Shown here piece by piece: positions 9,464 to 18,929 of a stretch of 64,000 nt of DNA. Each line of letters begins with the position of its first letter. The first letter of the stretch is position 1. Below the pieces are notes generated by a model that saw nothing but the letters and a program-made list of their open reading frames with translations, was not told the origin of the DNA and ran no database searches. A program made the position numbers and the translations under genes. Source of the DNA: Thermoplasmata archaeon (lineage in GTDB: Archaea > Thermoplasmatota > Thermoplasmata > Lutacidiplasmatales > UBA184); contig DASYYY010000022.1 in assembly GCA_035933635.1 (NCBI GenBank), positions 130,417 through 194,416 of the forward strand, in the 5' to 3' direction.

Positions 9464-10294
9464 GTGAGCCCGCCCGCCGTGGACGTCGCCCTCCTCCAGA
9501 TCGAGGGGACCAACAACGACACCGAGCTCTACCACGCCCTCGCGGGGGTCGGAGCCCGCCCGGAGATCGTCCACCTCAAGCAGTTCGAGGGGCGTGACGT
9601 GACCTCCGACGAGCGTCGTAGGTTATCCGACTACCAGGTGCTCCTGATCCCGGGCGGCTTCTCGGCGGGCGACTACGTCCGGGCCGGTGCGATCTTCGCC
9701 TCCCGGATCCGGAGCGCCATCGGACCGGAGCTCCAGGAGTTCGTCCGTTCCGGCCATTTCGTCGGGGGCATCTGCAACGGATTCCAGGTCCTGACCGAAC
9801 TCGGCCTCTTGCCCGGATACCCCGAGGGTCGGCTGGGCCCGCCGCAGGCGGCGTTGATGACCAATGACTCCGGCCGGTACGAGTGCCGGCCCACCTTCCT
9901 CCGGTGGGAGGGCGGGGCGTTCGCGCCGCTCTCCCACCTGCCGAAGGGGACGGTCCTGCTCACCCCCTCCGGGCACGCCGAGGGCAAGCTCGTACTTGCC
10001 GGCGATCCCGACGCGGGGGTTCGGGAGCTGGACTCCAACGGGCAGGTGCTGTTCCGTTGGGTCGACCCGAAGGGCCAGCTCGCCGGTTACCCGTGGAATC
10101 CCAACGGATCGCCGGGGAACGTGGCCGGCATCACGAACCGCGAGGGGAACGTCTTCGGCTGGATGCCCCACCCGGAGCGTGCCTTCTTCCGCGACCTCCA
10201 TCCCGATTGGACTCGCTCCGGCGGGCCGGACGGGTTCGGCGACGGCCAGCGGATTTTCGACGGCCTGATCCGGCACGTCGAGCGGCACGACTAG
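9464..10294 (+). CDS. purQ: phosphoribosylformylglycinamidine synthase subunit PurQ (archaeal long form)
   Basis: 276 aa. Class I glutamine amidotransferase triad (GICNGFQ ... MPHPER). Confidence 0.9.
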   Translation: MSPPAVDVALLQIEGTNNDTELYHALAGVGARPEIVHLKQFEGRDVTSDERRRLSDYQVLLIPGGFSAGDYVRAGAIFASRIRSAIGPELQEFVRSGHFVGGICNGFQVLTELGLLPGYPEGRLGPPQAALMTNDSGRYECRPTFLRWEGGAFAPLSHLPKGTVLLTPSGHAEGKLVLAGDPDAGVRELDSNGQVLFRWVDPKGQLAGYPWNPNGSPGNVAGITNREGNVFGWMPHPERAFFRDLHPDWTRSGGPDGFGDGQRIFDGLIRHVERHD

Positions 10295-10895
10295 CCCCGC
10301 GCGAGAACCGTACGACCTCCAGACGCTCCCCTTCGAGTTCACGTCGGGCGACCACCCGCCATCGCCCCCCTCTTCGCATCCATCCGTCGAGCAGACGCGA
10401 CCGCTCGGTTGGGTCCTGCAGCGTCGAGAAGAGCACGAACGCCGACCCGCGCGGGCGCAGGTGTGGGGAGAGCTCCGACAGCAGTCGTCTGGTGATCGTC
10501 AAGCCGGTGGCCCCGCCGTCCAGCGCGAGCCGATCCCCCGGCTCCGGGTCCACCAGTCCGACCGGTGTCGGGAGGTACGGTGGATTGCATAGGATCCGGT
10601 CGAACGCGCGGAGGCCGCGCGCGAGGTCGGTCCGTACGCAGTCGAGGTCGACCCGTCGCTTCCGGGCCAGCTCGCGTGCGGCCCGAAGTGCGTCGAGGTT
10701 CCGGTCCGTCGCCACGACGCGCGCCCCGGACGAGGCCGCCGCGACGGCGAGGATCCCACTCCCGGTGCCGATGTCGAGGACCCGGAGCCGTCGAGGTATC
10801 CGGGCGAAGGGCAGGAGCAGTTCGGAATCTTCGCGTGGAGCGTAGACCCCGGGGCGCCGCGGTTGCGGGCCGTTCGGGGTGCTCGTCCCTAGCAC
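10131..10895 (-). CDS. HemK/Mtq2-like protein (glutamine-N5) methyltransferase with unusual R-rich C-terminal tail
   Basis: 254 aa. SAM motif VLDIGTGSGILAV and NPPY substrate motif. The methyltransferase fold ends near EVVRFSRG (about 195 aa) but the frame stays open 60 more codons, antisense to the purQ 3' end. GTG start. Confidence 0.7.
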   Translation of the reverse strand: MLGTSTPNGPQPRRPGVYAPREDSELLLPFARIPRRLRVLDIGTGSGILAVAAASSGARVVATDRNLDALRAARELARKRRVDLDCVRTDLARGLRAFDRILCNPPYLPTPVGLVDPEPGDRLALDGGATGLTITRRLLSELSPHLRPRGSAFVLFSTLQDPTERSRLLDGWMRRGGRWRVVARRELEGERLEVVRFSRGASRAARRAGSGRRKSAGRRRTRPARRSESNRDGGRGRRHAPGGASSRRRSPRGS

Positions 10896-10916
10896 GCCCG
10901 CCCTCGCCGCCGCGAA

Positions 10917-10934
10917 GCTCTTATCGTTTCATTC
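10917..10934. promoter_or_regulatory. shared AT-rich bidirectional promoter element (CTCTTATCGTTTCATTCC)
   Basis: Sole AT-rich stretch between the divergent Mtq2-like (GTG at 10895) and THEP1 (GTG at 10964) genes. About 20-35 nt from each start. Confidence 0.4.
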
Positions 10935-10963
10935 CATCCGGATTTCTCGGGGATTCTTACACA

Positions 10964-11521
10964 GTGGCGCGTCGCGCAGCGGCTCCCGTGAAGATCGGCA
11001 TCACCGGGCTTCCGGGGTCGGGAAAGACGCAGACCCTGTTGCGCATCATCCAGCTCCTCGAACAGGAGGGGCTGCGGGTCGGCGGGATGATCACCGAGCC
11101 GATCGAAGAGAAGCACCACCGCTCGGGTTTCCAGATCACGAACTGGATCACCAAGGAGCACGAGGTGTTCGCCCACGAGACGCTGAAGTCGCGGGTCCGT
11201 TCGGGCCGCTACGGGGTCAACCTCTCGGCGCTCGAAGGGCTCGGCGTTCGCGCGCTCCAGATGGCCCGGGACGACGCCGACATCATCGTCATCGACGAGG
11301 TCGGCAAGATGGAGGTCGAGTGCGAGACGTTCACCCAGAGCGTCGTCGACACGCTCGATGCCAGCAAGTCGATCGTGATGACCCTCCACAAGAAGTCGCG
11401 CAATCCGCTGCTCCAGGACATCCGACGGAGGGACGAGCTACGCCTGCTCGAAGTGACGCCCGTCAACAAGAATCTCCTCGCGTTCAAGATCGTCAAGTTG
11501 CTGACGGGCCGGGCGCACTGA
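10964..11521 (+). CDS. nucleoside-triphosphatase THEP1 family (COG1618)
   Basis: Real C-terminal part of track ORF 10565..11521. Walker A KIGITGLPGSGKTQ, Walker B IIVIDEVGKME. GTG start at 10964 (or 10988), about 30 nt after an AT-rich TATA-like element. Confidence 0.8.
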   Translation: MARRAAAPVKIGITGLPGSGKTQTLLRIIQLLEQEGLRVGGMITEPIEEKHHRSGFQITNWITKEHEVFAHETLKSRVRSGRYGVNLSALEGLGVRALQMARDDADIIVIDEVGKMEVECETFTQSVVDTLDASKSIVMTLHKKSRNPLLQDIRRRDELRLLEVTPVNKNLLAFKIVKLLTGRAH

Positions 11522-11562
11522 ACGGAGTTCGCCGCGCCCGCGAAGGGGCCACCGAGCTCTGG

Positions 11563-12612
11563 TTGCCCCCCTCGCCCGGCGAACGGGGTCCGGCGCCGCG
11601 GCGCGCCGTGTTCTACAACCGGGCGATGGCGCTCGACCGCGACCTCGGGGTCGCCGTACTCTCCGCCTGGGGCTCGGGCCGCGGACGGCCAGGGCGGGGG
11701 TGGGAGATGTTGGCGGCTACCGGCGCACGCGGACTGCGGCTCCGCAATGAGACCGAGGCGCTCGGCGAACTGCACCTGACCGAGTGGAATCCGGAGGCAT
11801 CGGAGGTACTGCGGTCCAACGCGGCCGGACTTTCGCTCGCCGGTGTGTCGGTCGAGGCCGCGGACGCACGGAAAGTTCCCGCGGCCGCGCCGTACGACTA
11901 CGTCGATCTCGATCCGTTCGGTACTCCCGTGCCGTTCTTGGATGCGGCGCTCACCGCGCTCGCTCCGGAGGGACTCCTCGCCGTGACCGCGACCGACATG
12001 CCCGTGCTCGCGGGGGTCCAGCCGGGCGCGTGCAATCGCCGCTACGGTGCGGATCCCCTGCGCGGCCGCCTGGCTTCGGAGGCGGGGCTGCGCATTCTCC
12101 TGGCGCACGTGGTAGGGCGTGCGGCCGAGAAGGGGATCCAACTCCGCCCTGTGCTCTCTTACGTCCTGGACCATCACGTCAGAATGTACCTGCGGCGCCG
12201 GGAAGAGCCGGTCGCGCCACCGATCGAGCAGGTGCCCAGTCCCCGATGCGCCTCCCCCCCGCTCCCGGGCGGTGGACCGTACGGGCCCCTGTGGGTCGGA
12301 CCGCTCTTCGAGCAGGGGTTCGTCGCCCGTCTGCGGACCCCCACGAGCGCCGAATTGCCAGAGGCGCTCGACACACTGCTCCAACGGTTCCGGGGAGAGT
12401 CGCTCGTCGATGTGCCGTTCTACTACGAGCCCAATCGCCTGGCGCACGCGACCGCCGTTCCAGAACCTCCCGGTCTCGAAGCGTTGTTCCGTGAGATCTC
12501 CGCCCGCGGATTCCGCGTCGCCCGGTGCCACGTCCAGCCGAGCGCCTTCCGGACGGACGCGCCGTATCCGGAGTTGGAATCGATCGTCCGGCAGCTCGCC
12601 GGCGCCCGCTAA
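11563..12612 (+). CDS. trm1: tRNA (guanine26-N2)-dimethyltransferase Trm1
   Basis: Real part of track ORF 10879..12612. VFYNRAMALDRDL, DPFGTPVPFLDAAL and ATDMPVL Trm1 signatures. TTG start tentatively placed at 11563. Confidence 0.8.
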   Translation: MPPSPGERGPAPRRAVFYNRAMALDRDLGVAVLSAWGSGRGRPGRGWEMLAATGARGLRLRNETEALGELHLTEWNPEASEVLRSNAAGLSLAGVSVEAADARKVPAAAPYDYVDLDPFGTPVPFLDAALTALAPEGLLAVTATDMPVLAGVQPGACNRRYGADPLRGRLASEAGLRILLAHVVGRAAEKGIQLRPVLSYVLDHHVRMYLRRREEPVAPPIEQVPSPRCASPPLPGGGPYGPLWVGPLFEQGFVARLRTPTSAELPEALDTLLQRFRGESLVDVPFYYEPNRLAHATAVPEPPGLEALFREISARGFRVARCHVQPSAFRTDAPYPELESIVRQLAGAR

Positions 12613-15437
12613 TCCCAGAACGCTCGGGTCCGCGCGTACTTGCGCTCGGCCTTGAGGATCTCCGTGAGGAGCTCCTCGTCGCTGCGGTAGGGTCGCTGCA
12701 GGATCCGCCGGGCGGTGTCCGGCCCGATGCCCCGGCCCGCCAGGCAGAGCAGCGCCTTCTCGCCGTAGTGGGCGAGCAGCTCGGCCGAGGTGTACGCGGT
12801 GCGGATCAACGGCTCGAGCGAAGGGTTCGGTCTCCGGGCGCCGCGCTCGCCCTTCCACTTCTTCTTGGCATACCGTCCGATCCGGTCGATGTCCTCGGTG
12901 CGCCGGGGGGACAGGACGGCCGAAAGGGCGCCGTGGCAGATCTTGCAGGTGGCCCCCTTGTCCTTGGCGAACCGATCGGCGGTCACCGAGCGAGTGAAGC
13001 CGCACCGCAGGCAGACCAGCGTCAACGACTCGGCCCGGAGACGCTCGCCGACCGCCTTCAGCAACGTGGGCGGCGGGGTGTCCGGGACCTCACGCCAGCG
13101 GAGCCGCTCGACCGGGAGGTCGCTCAGCGGGTTCGGGGCGATGACCCTCAGGGCGATGGTACCGTCGCGCAGCCGGGTGAGCACCTCGGTGGCGTGGGCG
13201 AGGTCGAACCGGTCGTGGAGGGTCTTCTCCAGCGCCTCCTCCCCGAGCGGGGTGGTGCGGGAGGCTTCGATCAACGGCTCCAGGTCGCGGAGCGCCCTGG
13301 GGTCCGCCCCGACCGGCAACACTCCGAACTTGCGCGCCACCGTCAGGAACACGTAGCGGAATTCCGGGCTGGACGGCACGAGGTGCTCGACGAGGTGGCC
13401 GAGCCCCTCCGGCGGCAGGCGGATCGCCTCCATCAGCGTCTCTGGTGCGAGGGCCACGGGTAGCCCGAGCAGGATCCAGGTCGGCTCGGTGCCTAGGATC
13501 TCGACACGGCCTCCGGTGCGCGAGGTCAGCGATCCGGCGAGCGCCAGCGCGAGCGTGTCGTTGGTCTTGCTGCCGAAGCAGGCTCCGATGGCCACGATCC
13601 GACCGTGCAGGGTGACGGTGACGGTGCGGTCGTCGGCGACCTCTGCGACCCTCGCGGCCGCGCATCGGGCCGCGAGGCGTTCCCGGGCCGTCGGCAGCAG
13701 CGGGTACGGTCCGAGCTCTCCGGTCCGGCGAAGCCGTCCGATCTCCTGAGCGGCCTCGAACGGGACGGGCAGGTCCTCTCCCACCCAGCGCGGCTCCTGC
13801 CCGATCTCCGTGACCGATTCGACGAGGAGCTCGTCGTCGCGGAACTCGACGACCCGCCAGGTCCGGCCCCGCAGGAGAAAGATCAGGTCGGGCTCGGCGA
13901 GCACTTGGGTGATGACGAACCGTTCGTCCAACGTGCCGATCGGCCGACGCGTCGCGATGTCGCGTAAGCGGTAGGTCTTCTGGTCGGGGATCAGCGAGAG
14001 GGTCGAGTAGAACCGAGCCAGCGTGCCGCGGGTCGGACGCAGGGTCTCGCCCTCCCGGCGCAGATTACCGAGGGTCCCGAGGTACTCGACGAGCTCGTCC
14101 CACTCCTTGGCGCTGAGCCCGCCCGCGGCCAGCGCGCCCCGGAGCTCGTCGAAGAGCGGACGGACGTCCGCACTGCCCTGCGCCCGGAGGGCCGCCAGCA
14201 CCTGCTGGGCGAGGGCAAGCCGGTTGCGCGTCCTCCAGACGGTGGGCTCGATTTCGCCGGCGAGCGCGCGTCGGGCGAGCACCGCGCCCTCCTCGAGGTC
14301 CTCGTCGTCGAGGGCGAGGAGCACCCCGTGCACCGTCCGGTCGAGCCGATGGCCGGATCGGCCGGCGCGCTGGAGAAGGCGCCCGGCCTGGTGGGGGGAG
14401 CCGAACTGGACGACGAGGTCGACCGAGCCGATGTCGAGCCCGAGCTCGAGCGAGCTCGTGGCGACCAGGCCGCGGAGCTTCCCCTCCCGGAACTCCTGCT
14501 CGGTCTCCTCACGGACCGCCCGGGAGAGCGAGCCATGATGGACCGCGACGGGCAGGTCGGGGGCGAGTCGGGCGAGGCGCGCGCCGAGGCCCTCTGCGGT
14601 GGGGCGGGTGTTGACGAAGATCAACGTCGTGCGATGGCGACGGACCTCCTCCTCCGCGGCGAGGAGGGCGCGGAGGTACGGTTCGTCCGCCTTGAGCTCG
14701 GCACGGAGGGCGGGGTCGACCTTCTCGGTCCCCTCCGCACCGGTACGGACCTCGAGGACGATCGCCCGGGATTGGCGCGCCACCGCGTATCGGGGTGAAC
14801 GGGGCGGCGGTGCCAGGAACTGGGCGACCTCGGCGGGGTTCGATACGGTCGCCGAGAGGCCGATCCGCCGGATCCGCCGGCCGACGAAAGCGTCGAGCCG
14901 CTCGAGCGTGACCCCCAGCTGGGCGCCCCGGTCCGAGGGGAACAGCTCGTGCACCTCGTCGACGACAACGGCCCGCAGCCCCCGGAGTCCCTCCCGGAGA
15001 TTCTTGCCGACGAGGAGGATCTGGAGCGTCTCGGGCGTCGTGAGCAGAACATCGGGGGGTCGGCGCGACTGACGGGTGCGCTCCGCCGCCGGAGTGTCGC
15101 CGTGGCGCACGGCCGCGGTCAGCCCCGCGGCGCGCGCTAACTCGACGAACCGCACCTCGAGATCGCGGTTCAGCGCGCGCAAGGGGGTGACGTAGATCAG
15201 GAACGTCGGGGGGGTCGGGGCGTACAGCCTCTGGGAAAGCAGGGGAAGAAGCGCCGCCTCGGTCTTGCCGGTGCCCGTGGGCGCCACGAGCAGCGCATCG
15301 CCATCGCCCCCGGCCAGGAGCGGGAGCGCGAGCTTCTGGATCTCCGTCGGGGCGATGAAGCCCCGATCGGCGAGCGCCCTCAGGAGCTCCGGATGGACCC
15401 CCTCGAACAGCTCGGCGCGCAGTTCCGCCACGGCCAT
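12609..15437 (-). CDS. lhr: Lhr-like ATP-dependent DEAD/DEAH-box helicase (Lhr-Core)
   Basis: 943-aa portion of track ORF 12609..16163 starting MAVAELRAELFEGV. Motif I APTGTGKTEAA, motif II VVDEVHEL, C-terminal Lhr winged-helix domains and DUF1998-like Zn-Cys (CLRCGFT...CKICHG). The upstream 242 aa of the track ORF is R/P junk. Confidence 0.85.
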   Translation of the reverse strand: MAVAELRAELFEGVHPELLRALADRGFIAPTEIQKLALPLLAGGDGDALLVAPTGTGKTEAALLPLLSQRLYAPTPPTFLIYVTPLRALNRDLEVRFVELARAAGLTAAVRHGDTPAAERTRQSRRPPDVLLTTPETLQILLVGKNLREGLRGLRAVVVDEVHELFPSDRGAQLGVTLERLDAFVGRRIRRIGLSATVSNPAEVAQFLAPPPRSPRYAVARQSRAIVLEVRTGAEGTEKVDPALRAELKADEPYLRALLAAEEEVRRHRTTLIFVNTRPTAEGLGARLARLAPDLPVAVHHGSLSRAVREETEQEFREGKLRGLVATSSLELGLDIGSVDLVVQFGSPHQAGRLLQRAGRSGHRLDRTVHGVLLALDDEDLEEGAVLARRALAGEIEPTVWRTRNRLALAQQVLAALRAQGSADVRPLFDELRGALAAGGLSAKEWDELVEYLGTLGNLRREGETLRPTRGTLARFYSTLSLIPDQKTYRLRDIATRRPIGTLDERFVITQVLAEPDLIFLLRGRTWRVVEFRDDELLVESVTEIGQEPRWVGEDLPVPFEAAQEIGRLRRTGELGPYPLLPTARERLAARCAAARVAEVADDRTVTVTLHGRIVAIGACFGSKTNDTLALALAGSLTSRTGGRVEILGTEPTWILLGLPVALAPETLMEAIRLPPEGLGHLVEHLVPSSPEFRYVFLTVARKFGVLPVGADPRALRDLEPLIEASRTTPLGEEALEKTLHDRFDLAHATEVLTRLRDGTIALRVIAPNPLSDLPVERLRWREVPDTPPPTLLKAVGERLRAESLTLVCLRCGFTRSVTADRFAKDKGATCKICHGALSAVLSPRRTEDIDRIGRYAKKKWKGERGARRPNPSLEPLIRTAYTSAELLAHYGEKALLCLAGRGIGPDTARRILQRPYRSDEELLTEILKAERKYARTRAFWD

Positions 15438-15469
15438 TCGAGCCGGGTGCGACTCAAAACGCCCCCGGC

Positions 15470-15883
15470 TCAGACCGGAGCGACGCTGCCGGGCTCGAGA
15501 TCGAGCTTGCGCAGCCCGAGCGTCTCGTCCATGGTCCGGCCGAAGGTCCGCCCGGGGAAGGTCTCGACGTAGATCTCCGCGAGCACGCTGACCCTCCCTT
15601 TGAGGAGGTGGCCCCCGACGACATGGTGGTCGGGCCCGGCGAGGGCGCCGTGAAGGTGGAGCGAGGGCGCACCGTCGACCTCCGCGATGCTCCCGTGGAG
15701 CGCGACCAGCTCGTGGGGGACCTCGAGGACGTGGGGGACGTACTCGCGTCCGTTCCAGTAGGCCGCGGTCGTGGGGGCCAGCATCCCGATCCCCTCGACG
15801 ACGACTCCGGCCCGGACCCCATGTCGGCGGGCAAAGTCGGCGAGCCGGTCGAAGATCTCCTCCCCCGCATCGAGCCGTAGCAT
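15470..15883 (-). CDS. PPC/DUF296 domain protein (predicted DNA-binding, PD1-like)
   Basis: 137-aa C-terminal part of track ORF 15470..16561 (MLRLDAGEEIFDRLADFARRHGV...). Fits the PCC/DUF296 fold length and pattern. Lies immediately upstream of lhr on the same strand. Confidence 0.6.
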   Translation of the reverse strand: MLRLDAGEEIFDRLADFARRHGVRAGVVVEGIGMLAPTTAAYWNGREYVPHVLEVPHELVALHGSIAEVDGAPSLHLHGALAGPDHHVVGGHLLKGRVSVLAEIYVETFPGRTFGRTMDETLGLRKLDLEPGSVAPV

Positions 15884-15997
15884 CCAGCGCGTGCCCTCGT
15901 GTACTTCCTGCACGGGCGCACCAACTCCCCTCGGCGTAAGGAGCTTGGGGCACCCGTCCGGAAAACGGTAAGGTGCGGGTCCTCCTGCGCCGTCGCG

Positions 15998-16810
15998 ATG
16001 GAACTCCGACCGATCCACGGCCTCCCCGAGACTCCGCAGGCCGTGGTCGAACGCCTGCGGGCGGCGGGGCCGTCGATCGTGGCGCTGTCCGGGGGTGTGG
16101 ACTCGGGGGTCGTGGCCCTGTTGGCGCACCGCGCGCTCGGCACGGAGGCACGCGCGGTGACATTGACCGGACCTTCCCTCCCGGCCGAGGAGCGCGCGAT
16201 GGCGGGCGCGGTCGCCCGAGCGATCGGGATCGAACACGCCGAGATCCCGGTCGACCAGCTCTCCCGGGAGGAGTACCGATCGAATCCGGAGAATCGCTGC
16301 TACTTTTGTCGCCAGGTCGAGACCACCGCGATCCGCCGGCTCGCGGCCGGCGTGGGCATCACCGTACTGCTGGACGGGGTCCACCTCGACGACCTGGGCG
16401 ACATCCGACCCGGGCTGAAGGCCATGGACGAGGCCGGATTCCGCCATCCGCTGCTCGAGGCCGGTTGGCGCAAGTCCGACGTTCGGGAGTGCGCCCGCAG
16501 CGTGGGATTGCCGAATTGGGACCGCCCGTCCAACGCCTGCTTGGCGAGCCGAGTGCGCCACGGCGAGTCGATCAGCGCCGCGTTGCTCGCCGCGGTCGAC
16601 CGCGCGGAATCGGCGGTCCGGGGGTTCGGATTCCGCCGCGTGCGCGTCCGGGTCTCCGCCGGTGGCGCTCGAGTCGTCGTGGGGGCGGACGAGGTCGAAC
16701 GCCTGATCGCACCCCCCACCGCGCAGCGGGTGGTCGATTCTCTGCTCACGATCGGATTCTCGGAGGTCACCCTCGATCCCGCCGGCTACGCTCCCCGACC
16801 GGGAGGTTGA
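15998..16810 (+). CDS. PP-loop ATPase, LarE/TIGR00268 family (ATP-dependent sulfur transferase-like)
   Basis: Internal Met of track ORF 15899..16810. PP-loop SGGVDSGV, CYFCR motif, DLGDIRPG. Confidence 0.75.
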   Translation: MELRPIHGLPETPQAVVERLRAAGPSIVALSGGVDSGVVALLAHRALGTEARAVTLTGPSLPAEERAMAGAVARAIGIEHAEIPVDQLSREEYRSNPENRCYFCRQVETTAIRRLAAGVGITVLLDGVHLDDLGDIRPGLKAMDEAGFRHPLLEAGWRKSDVRECARSVGLPNWDRPSNACLASRVRHGESISAALLAAVDRAESAVRGFGFRRVRVRVSAGGARVVVGADEVERLIAPPTAQRVVDSLLTIGFSEVTLDPAGYAPRPGG

Positions 16811-16815
16811 GGGCC

Positions 16816-18897
16816 GTGCCGGTCAAACGGACGAAGGCACCTACCCCGCGGCCCGAGCCGCGGGAGGCCTCCGATCGGCGGGCGAGTTCGGGGCAGTTCC
16901 AGCTTGAGACCGAGCTCACTCCCCAGGGGGACCAGCCCAAGGCGATCGAGGAGCTCGCGCGGCGCATCCGGGGAGGGGAGCGGTACCAGACCCTCCTGGG
17001 GGTCACCGGTTCCGGCAAGACGTTCACGATGGCGGAGGTCGTCGAGCACCTCCAGCGACCCACCCTCGTGATCTCCCCGAACAAGACGCTGGCCGCGCAG
17101 CTGGTCAGCGAGTTCCGAGCCCTCTTCCCCCGGAACGCCGTCGAGTACTTCGTCAGCTACTACGACTACTACCAGCCCGAGGCCTATGTGCCCCAGATCG
17201 ATCTCTACGTCGAGAAGGACGCGCAGATCAACGAGGAGATCGACAAGCTGCGGCATCGTGCGACCCAGGCGCTGCTGACGCGCCGCGACGTCCTCGTCGT
17301 TGCGAGCGTCAGCTGCATCTTCGGCCTCGGATCTCCGACCGACTACCAGAGCGGGGTCGTCGATATCGAGCGGGGCGCGACACTCTCCCGCCAGGAGCTG
17401 CTGCACAAGCTCGTCCACAGCCACTACGCCCGCAACGACGTCGAGCTCCAGCGGGGCCGATTCCGAGTCCGCGGCGGCACCATCGACGTGATGAGCAGCG
17501 GGGAGACCGTCCATCGGATCGTGCTCGAGGGCGACCGCGTCGCCGAGCTTGCCGAGCTCGACCCGACGACGCGCGAGGAGATCCGACCGCTCGAGCGTCT
17601 GTCGATCTTCCCGGCGAGCCACTTCCTGACGATGGACGAGCGGCGCGAGGAGGTGCTCCGTGCGATCAACACCGAGAAGGAGGAGCGGGTCGCCGAGCTG
17701 ACCCGCCAGGGCCACGCGCTGGAGGCGCAGCGGCTCAAGAGCCGGACCGAGTACGACCTCGAGATGATCCGCGAGACCGGGACCTGTTCCGGGATCGAGA
17801 ACTACTCGCGGCACTTCACCGGACGCAAGCCCGGCGAGCCGCCGTACACGCTGCTCGACTTCTTTCCCAAGGACCTGCTCGTATTCCTGGACGAGTCGCA
17901 CGTGACGCTGCCCCAGCTCCAGGGGATGTACCGCGGCGACCTCAGCCGCAAGGACAACCTCGTCGAGTTCGGCTGGCGGCTTCCCTCGTGCCGCGACAAT
18001 CGGCCGCTCAAGTTCCCGGAGTTCCTGGCCCGGGTCCCCCAGCTCGTCTTCGTCAGCGCCACCCCCGCCAAGTTCGAGCGGGAGCACTCGAGCGCCATCG
18101 TCGAGCAGGTCATCCGGCCGACCGGCCTGGTCGACCCGCCGGTGGAGGTCCGACCGCTCGAAGGGCACATCGCCGACCTCGTCGGCGAGATCCGCACGGT
18201 CGTCGAGCGGGGCGAGCGGGCCCTCGTCACCACGCTGACCAAGCGCACCGCCGAGGACCTGGCCAACCACTTCGCCCAGCTGGGGATGAAGGTCCGCTAC
18301 CTCCATTCCGATGTCGAGACGATGAAGCGGGTCGAGATCCTTCGGGACCTCCGGCTCGGCCGGTTCGACGTGCTGGTCGGGATCAACCTGCTGCGGGAAG
18401 GGCTCGACCTGCCCGAGGTCAGCCTGGTCGCCGTCCTCGACGCGGACAAGGAGGGCTACCTTCGCAGCGAGAGCGCGCTCATCCAGACCGTTGGTCGCGC
18501 CTCCCGCAACGTCCGCGGCAAGGCCATCCTCTACGCCGACCGGACCACCGGCTCGATGGAGCGCGCGATGAGCGAGATGCGCCGCCGGCGCGAACTCCAG
18601 CTTGCCTTCAACGCCGAGCACGGCATCGTGCCCGAGACGATCCGCAAGGAGGTCCGCTCCATCCTGGCCGAGGGGACCGACGCCGAATCCGGCGACCTGT
18701 CGACCTCCGGTCTGGGCAAGAAGTGGAAGGAGCGGCTACCGATGCTCCTCGCCAATCTCGAGGAGGAGATGCGGATCGCCGCCGAGCAGCTGGACTTCGA
18801 GGAGGCGGCGCGGATCCGGGACCGGATCCGTGAGCTCGAGCTTCGGGCGGGCCTAGCGGGGAGCCGTACCCCCGAGCGTGCCGGAACGACGGCCTGA
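16816..18897 (+). CDS. uvrB: excinuclease ABC subunit B (UvrB)
   Basis: Real part of track ORF 15973..18897. GVTGSGKTFTMA Walker A, helicase motifs, beta-hairpin region YYDYYQPEAYV, C-terminal UvrB/UvrC interaction helix. GTG start 5 nt after the upstream stop. Confidence 0.93.
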   Translation: MPVKRTKAPTPRPEPREASDRRASSGQFQLETELTPQGDQPKAIEELARRIRGGERYQTLLGVTGSGKTFTMAEVVEHLQRPTLVISPNKTLAAQLVSEFRALFPRNAVEYFVSYYDYYQPEAYVPQIDLYVEKDAQINEEIDKLRHRATQALLTRRDVLVVASVSCIFGLGSPTDYQSGVVDIERGATLSRQELLHKLVHSHYARNDVELQRGRFRVRGGTIDVMSSGETVHRIVLEGDRVAELAELDPTTREEIRPLERLSIFPASHFLTMDERREEVLRAINTEKEERVAELTRQGHALEAQRLKSRTEYDLEMIRETGTCSGIENYSRHFTGRKPGEPPYTLLDFFPKDLLVFLDESHVTLPQLQGMYRGDLSRKDNLVEFGWRLPSCRDNRPLKFPEFLARVPQLVFVSATPAKFEREHSSAIVEQVIRPTGLVDPPVEVRPLEGHIADLVGEIRTVVERGERALVTTLTKRTAEDLANHFAQLGMKVRYLHSDVETMKRVEILRDLRLGRFDVLVGINLLREGLDLPEVSLVAVLDADKEGYLRSESALIQTVGRASRNVRGKAILYADRTTGSMERAMSEMRRRRELQLAFNAEHGIVPETIRKEVRSILAEGTDAESGDLSTSGLGKKWKERLPMLLANLEEEMRIAAEQLDFEEAARIRDRIRELELRAGLAGSRTPERAGTTA

Positions 18898-18929
18898 GGG
18901 GTCCCGGCGGCCAGGACGCCCCGGGATCG

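Noticed and set aside
15438-16163. Upstream 242 codons of the Lhr track ORF, the 5' part of the UvrB track ORF (15973..16815), and the 5' part of the second giant-protein ORF (33843..34478)
   Set aside because: All are low-complexity R/P/G frames overlapping better-supported genes on the other strand or frame. Real starts are placed at domain-consistent Met/GTG codons.
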